Position numbers and translations under genes: made by a program
Part shown: one piece after another, positions 1 to 57,430 of the stretch
Layout of the letters: each line of letters starts with the position of its first letter
Position numbering within the stretch: the stretch's first letter is position 1
Notes under the pieces: generated by a model
Told to the model about the DNA's origin: nothing
Seen by the model: only the letters and a program-made list of their open reading frames with translations
Database searches by the model: none
Source of the DNA: Eledone cirrhosa
Taxonomy: Eukaryota
Reading direction: 5' to 3'
NCBI GenBank assembly: GCA_964016885.1
Contig: OZ024745.1
Location: forward strand, 8,618,001 to 8,682,000
Length of the DNA stretch: 64,000 nucleotides

Positions 1-1062
1 CAAAACCCCTAAAAATGCAAATGAAGTGAATGTGAATTTATGAATGAAACTTAAAATGTTGATAGTGAAAAATTGTAGTAAATGACTGTTGTTGAATGAG
101 TATATATTGTTGAGAGATGCAATGTGTAATTAGGCCCTTCTTTATCAATGGCACATTTATCTGGCAAGATACTCTTCTGGATATCAACTTGTACATTTCA
201 GTAAGGTAAGATTTTCACTGACTTAACAGTGTTTGGGGGGTGAAGACATATACAAACACACACATACAATGGGTTTTCACAGTACCCATCTACCAAATCC
301 ATTCACAAAGCCTTGGTCAGTCATATTGTTATACCAGCATAATGAATTATATGTTTGTATATTACAACAGATGTTGAAAGATTCAAGTTGACGTTGATAA
401 AAGAAGCAGTGGATATTGCTGGTTTAAATCAACACCAAATTTGGCATGTCTAGGATAAAAAAGATATATCAATGTTGACCATCAAGTCTTTATCTTTTTT
501 CAAACATAGTATAGGGTAGATTTAAGGAAGATTTGGCAGGTATTTCTAGCAGGTTCAGTGACTTAAGAACTATGTGACTCATTTCATTATTGAATAGATG
601 TTCGGGAGATATATTCAAATTGCAGTAAAAACGAAATCCCTTATTCCATTACAGTAATAAAGAACAATAGAAAGCATATCTTAAATATTATATAGAAGGA
701 AAAAGTTGTGTTAGGTATTTAAAAACATATATATAAAGCAGCAGTTAGCCATTGCAACCATGTGAAAGAAAGGCTTGAGAGGAATGTTCAGCTGTATCAA
801 GGACATGACAACCTCACTAGTGTTGATGCCACAATAAAATACATACACTATACTTTGCAAAAGAAGAGGAAGGTAAACCAGCTGTAAAAATCATGCCACA
901 ACTAGAAGTATGTAAATGATGTGAGGCCTCCAGCCTATCTAAGAGGACAGTAGCTGTGATTAATATTGACTTGGTCTGTGATGAGGCTTCCTATGACAGC
1001 AGGAACCAACAGCTATAAAACAATAATGATGATATATACCATTACATTCCTTGTCGTTTCAT

Positions 1063-1248
1063 TTTTTACCAGTTATTCTAGAAAGTAAGGGCAGTAACCA
1101 TGACCCTTTTTTACTAGTTACTCTAGAAGGTAAGGGCAGTAACCACGGCCCTCTTTTTACCAGTTATTCTAGAAGGTAAGGGCAGTACCCATGAACCTTT
1201 TTCTACCAGTTATTCTAGAAGGTAGGGGCAGTAACCACGACCCCTTTT
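1063..1248. repeat. ~45-bp tandem repeat x4
   Basis: ttttaccagttattctagaaggtaagggcagtaaccatgaccc units. Confidence 0.85.
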
Positions 1249-1562
1249 CAGGTCCTCCATGACTTGTGGGGAGGAGAAAGATATTTTTAAAACTGGAGAC
1301 GTGGAGAAATACTTTTAAGAAAAAAGATTCTGATAAGTGGTAGTGATAAACTAAGCAACAGAGTAGGTCTACCACAGAAATAAGCCACAAAGGGATTTGG
1401 ACTCAAAATGTTAAGAACTGGAACAAATAGCCTAGAACAGCATGTTTCATGTCCCAATGATTCTGTCAATTGACTGCCTTAAACTTGTACTTTATCGACT
1501 CCAAAATGATGAAAGGCACTTCAGTGGGATTTGAACTTAGAATGCTAGAAGCCAGTATCTGT

Positions 1563-2655
1563 CTAGGGAGGGTAAAATTCCTGAGATCCATGGATGAGTT
1601 CTCTCCAGCGGTTTCTGTCCTTCATCATTGCCGCCATGTTCTCTGTCTCCAAGAGACCAGTGTCTGTCCTTAGGGCATCAATATATGTCAACCTCGGTCT
1701 CCCTCTTCTAGTGTGTCCATGTAGGGGCTCCCACAGGACCACTGAGTGCAGTGTCAACTCTGGATGTTGGTGAGCATGTCCTGCTAACCTCAGTCTCCTC
1801 TGTGTCACTTTTGAGCTGACTTTTGGGAGGCTCCCATACAGCTCTGAGTCTTTCATCTTCAGTGTATACTGATTAATGTTCAGAGCCATCCTCAGCATTC
1901 TCGTGTAGCACCCATCCACCATCTGAGTGAGTTTCTTGGTCAGTGTCCAAGTCTTAGACCCGTACAGTAGCACAGACTCCACCACAGCAACAAAGAGACG
2001 GGTTTTCAGGTCTTTATGAAGGTCCGACATCCACACCGATCTCGAACTGTGGCACACCGCCCAGGTTTTGCTCTTCCTCTCAACCACATCATCCTGTGTT
2101 CCCAATCTTTGCTCCCATATACAGGAAGTCCTCAACCAACTCTAGCGGCTTCCCGCCTACATTCATAATCTTCTGTGGCTTCTTAATATTTTCTACCAGA
2201 TACTTTGTCTTAATCTCATTCATTCTCATCCCCACACTCATCGACACAGTCTCCACCTCCTGCATCAACTCCTCTGCCCCCTTCACTGTGTTTGTCACCA
2301 GAACTATGTTATCAGAAAATTCAGTATCTGATATCTTTTTAGCCTTAACTCTCCTGCTCTGAACCGGTGCTACAGTAAAGCCTGAGCCCTGGTGTTTCTC
2401 CAGTGCAAGGCACATACAATAGTCCACTATGATGATAAAAAGGTAGGAAGCCAATGTATCTCCCTGGAGCACTCCAGCAAAGAACTCCATCATCCCGTCA
2501 GGTGTAATGACTTGGGCTCTGGTGTTGGTGTTGGTGAAATCAGGTCCACTATCTTCTTGGGGATTCCATAAGCTTGTTAGATCTTCATCAGGCAATGATG
2601 GTCCACAGAATCAAAGGCCTTCCTAAAGTCAATGAAAACCATGACAGCAGGAAGT
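1563..2655 (-). mobile_element. RTE-clade non-LTR retrotransposon fragment (RT + C-terminus), decayed
   Basis: FIDFRKAFDSVD-like region, GVLQGDTLAS(P)YLF, VESVLLYGSxTW, RRLRLAGH, RGRP motifs with frameshifts. Confidence 0.85.
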
Positions 2656-3938
2656 GAATATATATATATGTGTGTGTGTTTTTAAATAAGTAACACAACT
2701 CTACCATAATTTAATTGTTCCACTTTCAACACAAGATCTCAGATCAAGTAACTTGCTGAGCAAGTAAAACTGCAAATTATGAAATGTTTTTAGACAAAAT
2801 ATTTTTAACATATTAACATTTATGTATTTGTTTTGCAAGACTCTTGAGGTGAAATCGTATGTTGAAACATATATTATATTTGGGGATATTCATTTTTACT
2901 GACAAAATGATCATCACGAAATGTAACAATATTTTTAACATAATGTTTTATAAAACGCGAATAGATTATCATTGATAATATCTATTATAAAGAAGCCCCA
3001 TAAACTTATTTACTTGCCTTTAAAAAAAAAAGAATGCACGAAACTAAATTTAGGTGTCGGTTTACTCTTTAATGAAAGGAAGGGGAATAACTCTAATTAC
3101 AGAATATCTAAGGGAAGTAACTCACAATGGCAAAAATCAATCAAAACTAAAATAACATTTTTTTATGGAGCGTTACTGATGAACTGTAGGGCAGCTCCAA
3201 TTAAACACACTTGTGATCAAAGAGATACAAAACGGTGACCACCCGTCATTTTACATGCCAGGGACTACATCGTCTAATGTTTTCTTTGTTCTTTTTTTTT
3301 GTTTACATTGTTGATTTTAGTGAGATTTGTCTGGTATTTCTAGCACGGTGAGTGGCTGGTAATTAGACGATGTCAGTCATTTTGCGTGGCGTGTTTAATT
3401 ATTCTCAGGTCCCAAATAATAGGAGGGAGGGGAAACAACAGTAATGCTATATATTCACCAAGGGATCTTTTTTGAGGCAATGTTTTACAAGATGCCTTTC
3501 CTGGCAAGAAGCCTTTTAGTCACATCATCATCACCATTTTATGTCTATTTTCCCATCCTTGCATTGATGGGTTGTCATGCCCTAAGACTAAACAGGTATA
3601 GCAGACGCCGTCTTACTTATAGGACCTCGAATATATTCTACCCCCCCCCCCCCCCGCCATTTTACCATATTTCTCAACTTATATACAAGTATATACGGAA
3701 TGTTTTCTACATTCTGTATTCAAATTTCACCACTGTTTATTTTACTTTTATTTTGAGGTTCTTAAAATAAGTGTCAACGCTGTACTGTCATTAAATGGAC
3801 ATTGTCATCTGGAAAATGCATGATTTTGTGCCAAAGTTAAGAATCAACATTACAAAGGAATCTAATGTTACTGAGAAACAGAAAAGAAGAAAAAAGAATG
3901 AAATAGCAAGTAGATATATATAGACATATATTTGGTAC

Positions 3939-49316
<45,378 letters not shown>

Positions 49317-50371
49317 ATTTCAAATGTAAACAGTACAACTCGAAAGCGTCGTGTTGTTACGCCAAGGGAAGTAATTATGTAAGTAATTAGTCATATTTGT
49401 CTCCACCAAGTGTGAAAACAGTGTAACTAAGAGGAAGTAACTGTAAGATTACGGTTGAAATTTCTTGTTTTTCTTATATTTTTTTAATACGGTAATAAAA
49501 TATACACTAAGCCAAAAAACCAACTGCAAAAGGTAGAAAACATCGTTTAGAGATTATGCTTTTTATGTGTGTTCTTTGGTTTGTTTTTCTAATTGTGACA
49601 GAAATAAATAACTATGTTTTGATAGTTAAGAAGTGTCAACTAAGGTCATCTAGTGACAATTACTTTGATGAGGTACGAGATGGCACCTAAGTGTCTCATA
49701 GCATTTTAAAGTTGTTAATTACAGTTAAGTGAGGAAGAGCACTATCTTTAGTGCATACAACACTATTAATGACAGTTTAACACGAGCAAATCTACTGCTA
49801 CTAGACCGTCACTTTTTACAGGTACAAACTTCCTCACGTAAATAAATAAGCGCCAACATTCATATATGATATAATAAATAGACAAAGGGAATAACTGTAG
49901 CAATCCCCCAGAGACGTCTTCTCTGTGGATAATGTATAGTTAAGTGCAGGCTAACATTCATAATGCAGGGAGCCATAATTCTATAATAAATTAAAATTAC
50001 TCCTCTAATGCACAGAAAAATCATTAATTCTAGACAAGGAATAGTAGAGCGACAATAATATATCATCATCACTGCCGCCACCACCGTTTAATGACTGTTT
50101 TCCATTCTATGATGACATCAGCACTAGGAATGTTATGCATTTGATACAATTGAAGAGACTTCCTGACCCTTTGGTAACTTTTCTACAGCTGGAAGCCTTT
50201 CTTATTTCCAACCACTTTACAAATTATACTGGGTGGTTATATCATGTAAGATTACTAACACTAGAGAGGATGTCATGCCCTTGATATAAGTGAAGAGTAC
50301 ACTCGACTGCTTTTTTTGCATAATTTCTACTGTGGGATGCCCTTCCTATCTCTAAACACCTTACTAGATGT

Positions 50372-50791
50372 GCCCCTTTCAATGTAAAGTTATGTTGGTG
50401 CCACAAAATCCAGGCCGAAACAAATTAGATCGTGTAGGTGTCACGACAAAAAAACACACAGTCCACGCTGTAATGTGACCGTGTAGGCAACACGGTAAAA
50501 ACCTCCCAGTCCCACACTGTAAATGTGGTTGGTGTTAGGAAGGGCATCCAGCTGTAGAAAACCCGCCAGACAGTCCACGCTGTAATGTGGCCGTGTAGGC
50601 AACACGGTAAAAACCTCCCAGCCCCACACTGTAAATGTGGTTGGTGTTAGGAAGGGCATCCAACTGTAGAAAACCCGCCAGACAGTCCTATGCGAGCAAG
50701 ACAACCACTCTTGCCTCAAGTGGGAAAACTCCCGTCCAAACCCATGCAAGCGTGGAACATGGACGTTAAACGATGATGATGATGATGATGA
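50372..50791 (+). mobile_element. RTE 3'UTR-only copy (2 units)
   Basis: Same family with a duplicated 112-bp unit and (GAT)n tail. Confidence 0.8.
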
Positions 50792-52347
50792 GAGTAGGGA
50801 ACTCTGTCAAAGGCCTTCTCCAGATTCACAAAAGCTATGTACAGAGGTTTACACTTAGCCAAGTCTAAAATTGTGTGGTGTGAGGTTCGTATTTCTTCGG
50901 CAGGGAAGGTGAATCAGAGGTCTGCTCTAGCTTTTCATGCTGAAATGCATTGGACAAGGAAGTGAGGGAGAAGGGTAGAAGCAGGGAAAGACTAACAGGT
51001 TAGACAGAGAAATTTGGAAGGAGGTACATGGGCAGGATGGAGAAGATGAATCAAAGACGATTCTGCCCTAGGATTTTTCCATACTGGCATGTGTTGGAAG
51101 AAGAAAAATAGGAGAAAGGTAAGAATGGGGGGGGGGGGGACTTAGACAGAAAAATTGGTCGTATACTGACAGGTGCAAACTTAAACATTACACCTCTGCT
51201 TCTTTGGGTTTAGGGTGGGGGAAGGTAAACAAGAAGAAAGTCAGGACCATACTGTTAGCAATCTTTTCTATGCTCATTTCACCCCATGTAGGAAGGCAAG
51301 TCTTCTATAATATGGCATGTCAGCGGTCAAATCTATCTAGGCTCATCTACTTTATGAGGTCAACCTTCAACACATTATCCCAGCTTTTCCTAGGTTTCTT
51401 CCCTTCTAAAGGTTTCATTGACTTCGATTGCTCTGCATTTCTTTATGCAGCTGTCTACCATATGCCTCATATGTCTGCACCAATGAAGTCTCCACTCCTG
51501 TACACTATATCTAATTCCTCTTATGCATTTTTTCTCTCAGCTCATTGTCTACTACAACTTACACAACCATTGGAGCATGCTCACTTCATTTCTTTCCAAT
51601 CTTCAGAAGTCCTTTACACACAAAGCCCAAGTCACACTTCCATACAGCATTACCATTCCCTCAAAGCATCATACAACCTGCCTATTATTTGTTCTGGCTT
51701 TTTACAGCCTGAATTCAAATCTTGCCAGGATCAACTTTGCCTTTCATCTTCCTGGGTTTAATAAAATAAATCACCAATCAAGTACTAAGGTTGTTTTTAA
51801 TCAACATTGCTCTTCCCCCAAATTTGCTGTTTTTGTGTCTAAATTAGAAATCAATCTTTTTCTTCTTCGCTCACTTATTGAGGGTCATGGAGGCAGCATC
51901 CTCAAACATTTCTTCCAGTGGGTCCAGTCAGAAACAACCATTTCCAACTGATCTGGCTGGACCCCCAAGCTAGATCAGTGAAACCATTGGATGTTATCCA
52001 ACCATCTTACTCAGGGTCTATTGCCGGTTGATTTAACCTATAAAATCTGTCCAGCGATTCTTTCCTGGGACATTCTAACCATATGCCTATAGTATCAGAA
52101 CTGATCTTTCAATTCGGAGAAGTAGCGGTTCTACCTGAAGCAGCTCTCTGATCTCTGAGCTATAAACTCTATCAAGTAACATTATTCCAAGAACCCTTTA
52201 GAAGAACTCCATTTTGACTGCTTGTATTTGTGATCGTATTGTTTTGGTCATTACCCAAGATTCATGATCATACTTAATTCAAATGCTGAGGTAGAAATAT
52301 TATTCAGTCCCATGAATAATTTCAACAAACAATTAAGAAATAATAAT

Positions 52348-52526
52348 AATAATTGTTTCTACTTTTGGCACAAGGTCAGCAATTATCCCAGTACATTACT
52401 GGTACTTTATTTTATCGACTCCGTAAGGATGACAGGCAAAGTTAACCTCAACGGGATTTGAACTCAGATCGTAAAGGGACGTAACTATGCTGGAAAACAT
52501 GTCCAACCCTCTACCGATACTGCCAC
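52348..52526 (-). mobile_element. tRNA-derived SINE family A
   Basis: Same consensus. Confidence 0.8.
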
Positions 52527-52534
52527 TTGGAGTA

Positions 52535-52778
52535 TCCTCTCTGTAAAATATGACCTGAAATGACAAAATAAGAAGTTATTCTCTGTTAAATAAGATCTGA
52601 AATAACAAAATAAGGAGTTATTCTCTGTTAAATAAGATCTGAAATAACAAAATAAGGAGTTATTCTCTGTTAAATAAGACCTGAAATGACAAAATAAGGA
52701 GTTATTCTCTGTTAAATAAGACCTGAAATAACAAAATAAGGAGTTATTCTGTTAAATATGAACTGAAAGGATAAAATA
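52535..52778. repeat. 42-bp tandem repeat x~5.5
   Basis: ttattctctgttaaataagatctgaaataacaaaataaggag. Confidence 0.92.
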
Positions 52779-53164
52779 AATACTTGTAAGTTTATTGTTT
52801 ACTTCAAATAACACTAAATATAATTGTCATAATTAACACGTATGTAAGTCAGACATAAGTTAACAGTGATGGAATACTGAGAAATTCAACAATGTAGATT
52901 TGATGCAAGCTAAGATATTTTGGTAAACATTTAATTTTTATGCTTTTAAAAAAATAATAAAGAGTAATTAACATTATTTTTTAAATTTGCAACACTAGTT
53001 GAATGTATATACTCTGAAAGCAAATAACAAAAACTCCAAAATGTTGATATCCATAGAAAATATATATTATAGAAATATATATTGCAAAAATAATTTTCCC
53101 CCCAAAAAAGCAAAACTATTTGCAGCAGTTAATTGAAAGAAATCAAAACAAGGGACGCAATTCA

Positions 53165-53220
53165 ATCACTAGATGGCACTTATTTTCGATAAGGGGCAGA
53201 TAACTCAGTAGCACGTGTGG
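53165..53220 (+). promoter_or_regulatory. WDR18 proximal promoter motifs: CTCF-like CACTAGATGGCAC, GGGGCAGATAACTC, E-box CACGTG
   Basis: Motifs seen directly within ~75 bp upstream of the ATG; function inferred. Confidence 0.4.
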
Positions 53221-53238
53221 AAACGTAATTAAAGCAAA

Positions 53239-54579
53239 ATGTCTATTCTTCGATCGTCGGAGGTTATTATATCCAGTGATTATGGTAATAAAAGCCCAGA
53301 AAATAAGCAGAAAGGAAGTATTTGTGTATTAGATATTAACACAGGCACGGCCCTCGCATGTTTTAGAGAAGAACTGGGCCCGGTAGCCAAAGGCCTTTGT
53401 ATGATAAAAAAGAATTATCTTTTGTCGGCTTCTGAAAATGAACTCTGTGTTTGGAATATTTCAAACTCCCAGTCTCCATCTATTAAGATGGAAGTTCCCG
53501 AAAATATTTCTTCATTGGCGGTTTCTCCAGATGGTCTGTATTGTGTTGCTGGAATCCAAGAAAAACTTTATATATGGTGCGTATTAACTGGTCAACTTTT
53601 GGCTGTCATTCAAAAACATTTTCAAAATATCGTATGTATTAAATTTGCTGATAACTTGACTTTCTTAACTGGTGGAGAAGACAATCAGATAATCGCTTGG
53701 TCTTTGGTTGATATCTTTAATGCTATGGACAATAAAAACTCAACAGCAGAACCATTGTTTATATGGCATGATCACACACTTCCAATTACTAATTTATATG
53801 TTGGCGCTGGCGGAATACGAGCTCGCATCGTCTCCTCATCTCTTGATCGAACATGTAAATTTTGGGATTTAGCTACAGGTCGGCTTTTGTGTAGTTTTAT
53901 GTTTTCCGAAAGTCTTTTGTCTGTTACTATGAACATGGCTGAAAATCGACTTTATGCCGGTGGAAGCAGCGGTAAAATCTATGTTGTAGATCTGTCACAA
54001 GGATCAGCTAATACCGCAGAAGATACTACCACTGGAGGTTCGGATAAAACCAAATTTTATTTTCTTGGTCACAGCAAACATGTCACTTGTCTGTCAGTAT
54101 CTATGGACGGTTGTTTATTAGTGTCTGGCTCCGATGATTGCACTGTGAAAGTCTGGGACACATCTAATGGTAGATGTTTAAGAACATTGATGCACAAATC
54201 AGCGGTCACTAATGCCTTTATCGCTCCTGTCTATCGTTCTATTTTCGATTCCAAGTCCAAAGAAACATTCCCCATCCAGAAATTCGAAACTGAAATGATA
54301 CATAAGAAAGACACAATTTCATCTGTCCTATTTCAAAATTACCTACCAGAAACAAAAGTATGTGGTCAGTCTTATCCATTCCAGTCCGATGTCTTTGCTA
54401 CTATTTTGGCCGGAGAACTGAACAGCCAAGTTATCCCAAGTGATTCAGTGGCAGAAGATGAAGAACAAAGTTCCCGTGAAAGAACAGAGACCATTGCTAA
54501 ACTAAGGAAAGAAATTGATCTGATTAAAACAGAAAATGAGAAACTCTTTACATTTTCAGTCAGTCAGGTTTTGAAATAA
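53239..54579 (+). CDS. WDR18: WD repeat-containing protein 18 (Ipi3 homolog, rixosome/5FMC component), intronless
   Basis: 446-aa ORF with WD40 repeats (HFQNIVCIKF...TGGEDNQIIAW, DHTLPITNLYVGAGGIRARIVSSSLDRTCKFWD, GHSKHVTCLSVSMDGCLLVSGSDDCTVKVWD) and a C-terminal coiled coil; AATAAA signals at ~54624 and ~54708. Confidence 0.9.
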   Translation: MSILRSSEVIISSDYGNKSPENKQKGSICVLDINTGTALACFREELGPVAKGLCMIKKNYLLSASENELCVWNISNSQSPSIKMEVPENISSLAVSPDGLYCVAGIQEKLYIWCVLTGQLLAVIQKHFQNIVCIKFADNLTFLTGGEDNQIIAWSLVDIFNAMDNKNSTAEPLFIWHDHTLPITNLYVGAGGIRARIVSSSLDRTCKFWDLATGRLLCSFMFSESLLSVTMNMAENRLYAGGSSGKIYVVDLSQGSANTAEDTTTGGSDKTKFYFLGHSKHVTCLSVSMDGCLLVSGSDDCTVKVWDTSNGRCLRTLMHKSAVTNAFIAPVYRSIFDSKSKETFPIQKFETEMIHKKDTISSVLFQNYLPETKVCGQSYPFQSDVFATILAGELNSQVIPSDSVAEDEEQSSRERTETIAKLRKEIDLIKTENEKLFTFSVSQVLK

Positions 54580-54764
54580 TATTTCTATCGTTTTTATTTT
54601 CAATAATTTGTCATAACAAAAATAATAAACCACTCAGAAACAATGTTTTAATTACTTTTTCAATTAGTCTTGTTTGATGTTTATTGATACCTGATATGTT
54701 TATGTAAAATAAATCTATAAGAGTCTCGTTATGAACATTTGCAGCTGTAATCATGTTAGAATTA

Positions 54765-55040
54765 CCTCAGTAACGGCGTGAGAACGTCAGACACTTGTTT
54801 CTGTATTTTTATCCCATCAGTGACGTTTGCTCAGTACTGAGATGAAAGAAAGCTATAGCTTAAATACTTTTTAGCAAATGAAACATTGGTTATGGGCTAT
54901 ACGTAGATGAGCATCACCACCTGTTACAACATACAAAAAGGTATATAAGCTATAGCTTATTCTTGCCCCAGTACTGAGTAAATATCACCAATGACAAAAA
55001 TGGAGAAACATGTATGACATTGTCTCACACATTACTGAGA
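54765..55040. mobile_element. Old fold-back element with degenerate minimal hammerhead (second PLE-like family)
   Basis: Imperfect inverted arms ~54765-54871 and ~54936-55040. Minus strand 54783-54827 reads AACGTCA-CTGATGG-...-GAAAC-AAGT-GTC-TGACGTT. Confidence 0.5.
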
Positions 55041-55676
55041 TAGCTGTGACATTATCACTGTGTAAAATAACAAGAATGTTGTATGTTTATTATATACATC
55101 AACATATCATCTCTCCATTATTTTGGCCTTTTCTACACATTTGATCCTTGGTTTTTACATAAGGACAGAACTTGTTCTAGGAGTGTGTTGAACCTGTGTC
55201 AGTTACATTGATGAGTGCTCCAGTTGATTCAACCAATGGAACAGCCAACTTGTGAATGTAAGCGGTTGAGTATTCCACAGACACGTATACCAATAACATA
55301 GTTCTCGGGGAGATTCAGCATGACAATGTATGACAAAGGTTGGCTCTTTGTATTACAAACACAACTCAGTTTTGTCAGCTGAGTAGAGTGGAGCAGCATG
55401 AAATAAGGCACCTTGAAGGTCTCAATGTTCTGCCAGATCCATGTATCAAACATGACTTTGATTGTCAACTGACCACCTTAACCAGTAAGACGTGATTTAC
55501 ATAGTAAAGGTAATAGAAAAGATGCCATCAACACCGACTATTGGCTTAGAATGACCAGAGAAGTTTTTCATACATAGAAACTACACAAGGTGAAACAAGT
55601 GGAGCCAAGAATGAAAAGTTTTCTTCTGTGTGAGGTTGTAAGTAGTAGGATTGTTAACAAAGATATTGTGGTGGTT

Positions 55677-56016
55677 GTTGTTTAGTGAACTCCACTCTGG
55701 TAGGAGAGGTGTTAGAGGGACCCAGTTGTTTAGTGAACTCCACTCTCTTAGGAGAGGTGTTAGAGGGACCCAGTTGTTTAGTCAACTCCACTCTGGTAGG
55801 GAATAGGGAGGTGTTAGAGGGACCCAGTTGTTTAGTCAACTCCACTGGTAGAGGGACCCAGTTGTTTAGTCAACTCCACTTTGGTAGGGAATAGGGAGGT
55901 GTTAGAGGGACCCAGTTGTTTAGTCAACTCCACTCTGGTAGGGGAGATGGTAGAGGGACCCAGTTGTTTAGTCAACTCCACTCTGGTAGAGAATAGGGAG
56001 GTGGTAGAGGGACCCA
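55677..56016. repeat. 48/57-bp tandem repeat x~7
   Basis: gtttagtcaactccactctggtagg...gttagagggacccagtt. Confidence 0.92.
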
Positions 56017-56157
56017 GAGTCTTCAATGATACAGGTTCAATAACAAACTTATGGGAAAGTGAACAATGCTTCAACAGTTTGCAATCTTCAACTTGTCAGG
56101 TAACGAAGCCTGATTCTGTTGCCATATGCACCACTGTAACAGTATAATAGGTCCATT

Positions 56158-56472
56158 TTAAGCCTTTTGTTACCCCATTTCTAATGAAATACATGGCATG
56201 TGTTTCAATCATCATCCTCGTTTAACGTCCACTTTCCACGCTAGCATGGGTTAGACTATATATTTTGAAAATAAAAAATTGGGAGGAATTTAATAAAATA
56301 AGTAACTTTCATTAGTAAGCTGATGTTTGAAATATTCCTTAAAATAATTCTTAAATAAAATTATGATGGAAGGTTTTAATATTGTGGATGAAATTTTTAA
56401 AATGAGCATTTAAATTTTTTTAATTAAATAAAGCTAGGTGGTTTCAGGCAGGTTGGTACCAAAAAAGGGTTA
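56158..56472. mobile_element. Putative TTAA-flanked (piggyBac-like) MITE
   Basis: ttaagccttttgttacc ... ggtaccaaaaaagggttaa termini; the left end matches the monomer of the 38.7-kb array. Confidence 0.45.
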
Positions 56473-56889
56473 AACTCCAAATCCAGTAGAATAAAGAATT
56501 ACGAGATGAGAAGTCTCATGCTAATTTAAACAGACACAAACATAGCCACATAAGAAGTTCACTTCACAGCACCTTAATCTTCTACTGTAGCCTCAGAGTT
56601 AACCAATGCTTGGTAGATGAAAACTGCTGAAGTCTATCAGCATGTGTATATACTTATGTCAGAAAGTAGGTTGAGTTAGTAATTGAGGTACCAGAATAAA
56701 ATAACTTCTTTTGTTATAATCATTTGAAGGTAGTTTCTCAACATGGTTGCAGCCAGATGAATACTTATATAAAGCAGAGTGAATAAGATTTTACTATATC
56801 TGTTCAACATGACATTTTGTTGTTTTAGAAGAGAAAACTTTATTCTACTTTACTTCAGGTCTTCTAGTTATTAAGAATGATACTGGCAT

Positions 56890-57430
56890 GTATCCTCTGT
56901 TGACAACAAAAGGTTTCTCTCTACAAATGAAATTCAGGCTGTGTGTGATGTTGCATGGAAGGGAATGTAGAGGATGTGTGAAGGCTGGAGAGAAATGAAG
57001 TGAGCATACACTGATGGATGCATGATGTGCTGAGAGAAAAGCTGGGAATAACAGGAATCAGATGTGTGCAGGAGAGAAGACTGGGCTGGTATGGACATGT
57101 GATGCACATGGATGATGATCATTGGGTGAAGAAATTCCATTGGAAGGAAGCCTGGGCAGATATTGTAAAAGTTGAAGCTCACAAAGATGACAAAAGACTG
57201 CAATGAATTGAGGGATGTGCTGGCAGAGCTCCATGCAAGGATGGAAAAACAGCACTCACTGTAAATGAGGTTGGTGTTAGGAAGGGCATCCAGCTGTAGA
57301 AATCAAGCCAGATCAGTTCCTGTATGAGCAAGGCATGGTCAGCCGACCAGACACTGCCCACAACAGGACAACCCGTCTAACCCATGCTAGCGTGGAAGAA
57401 CGGACGTAAAACGGTGATGATGATGATGAA
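56890..57430 (+). mobile_element. Decayed RTE fragment followed by an RTE-tailed SINE fragment
   Basis: LREKLGITGIRCVQERRLGWYGHVMHM; then gaagggcatccagctgtagaaatcaagcc and a (GAT)n tail. Confidence 0.7.

Noticed and set aside
134-204. Plus-strand exon-like segment (tag...AAG|gtaag) with 'SSGYQLVHFSK', faintly GCL-like
   Set aside because: Wrong strand for GMCL1, poor polypyrimidine tract, similarity too weak.
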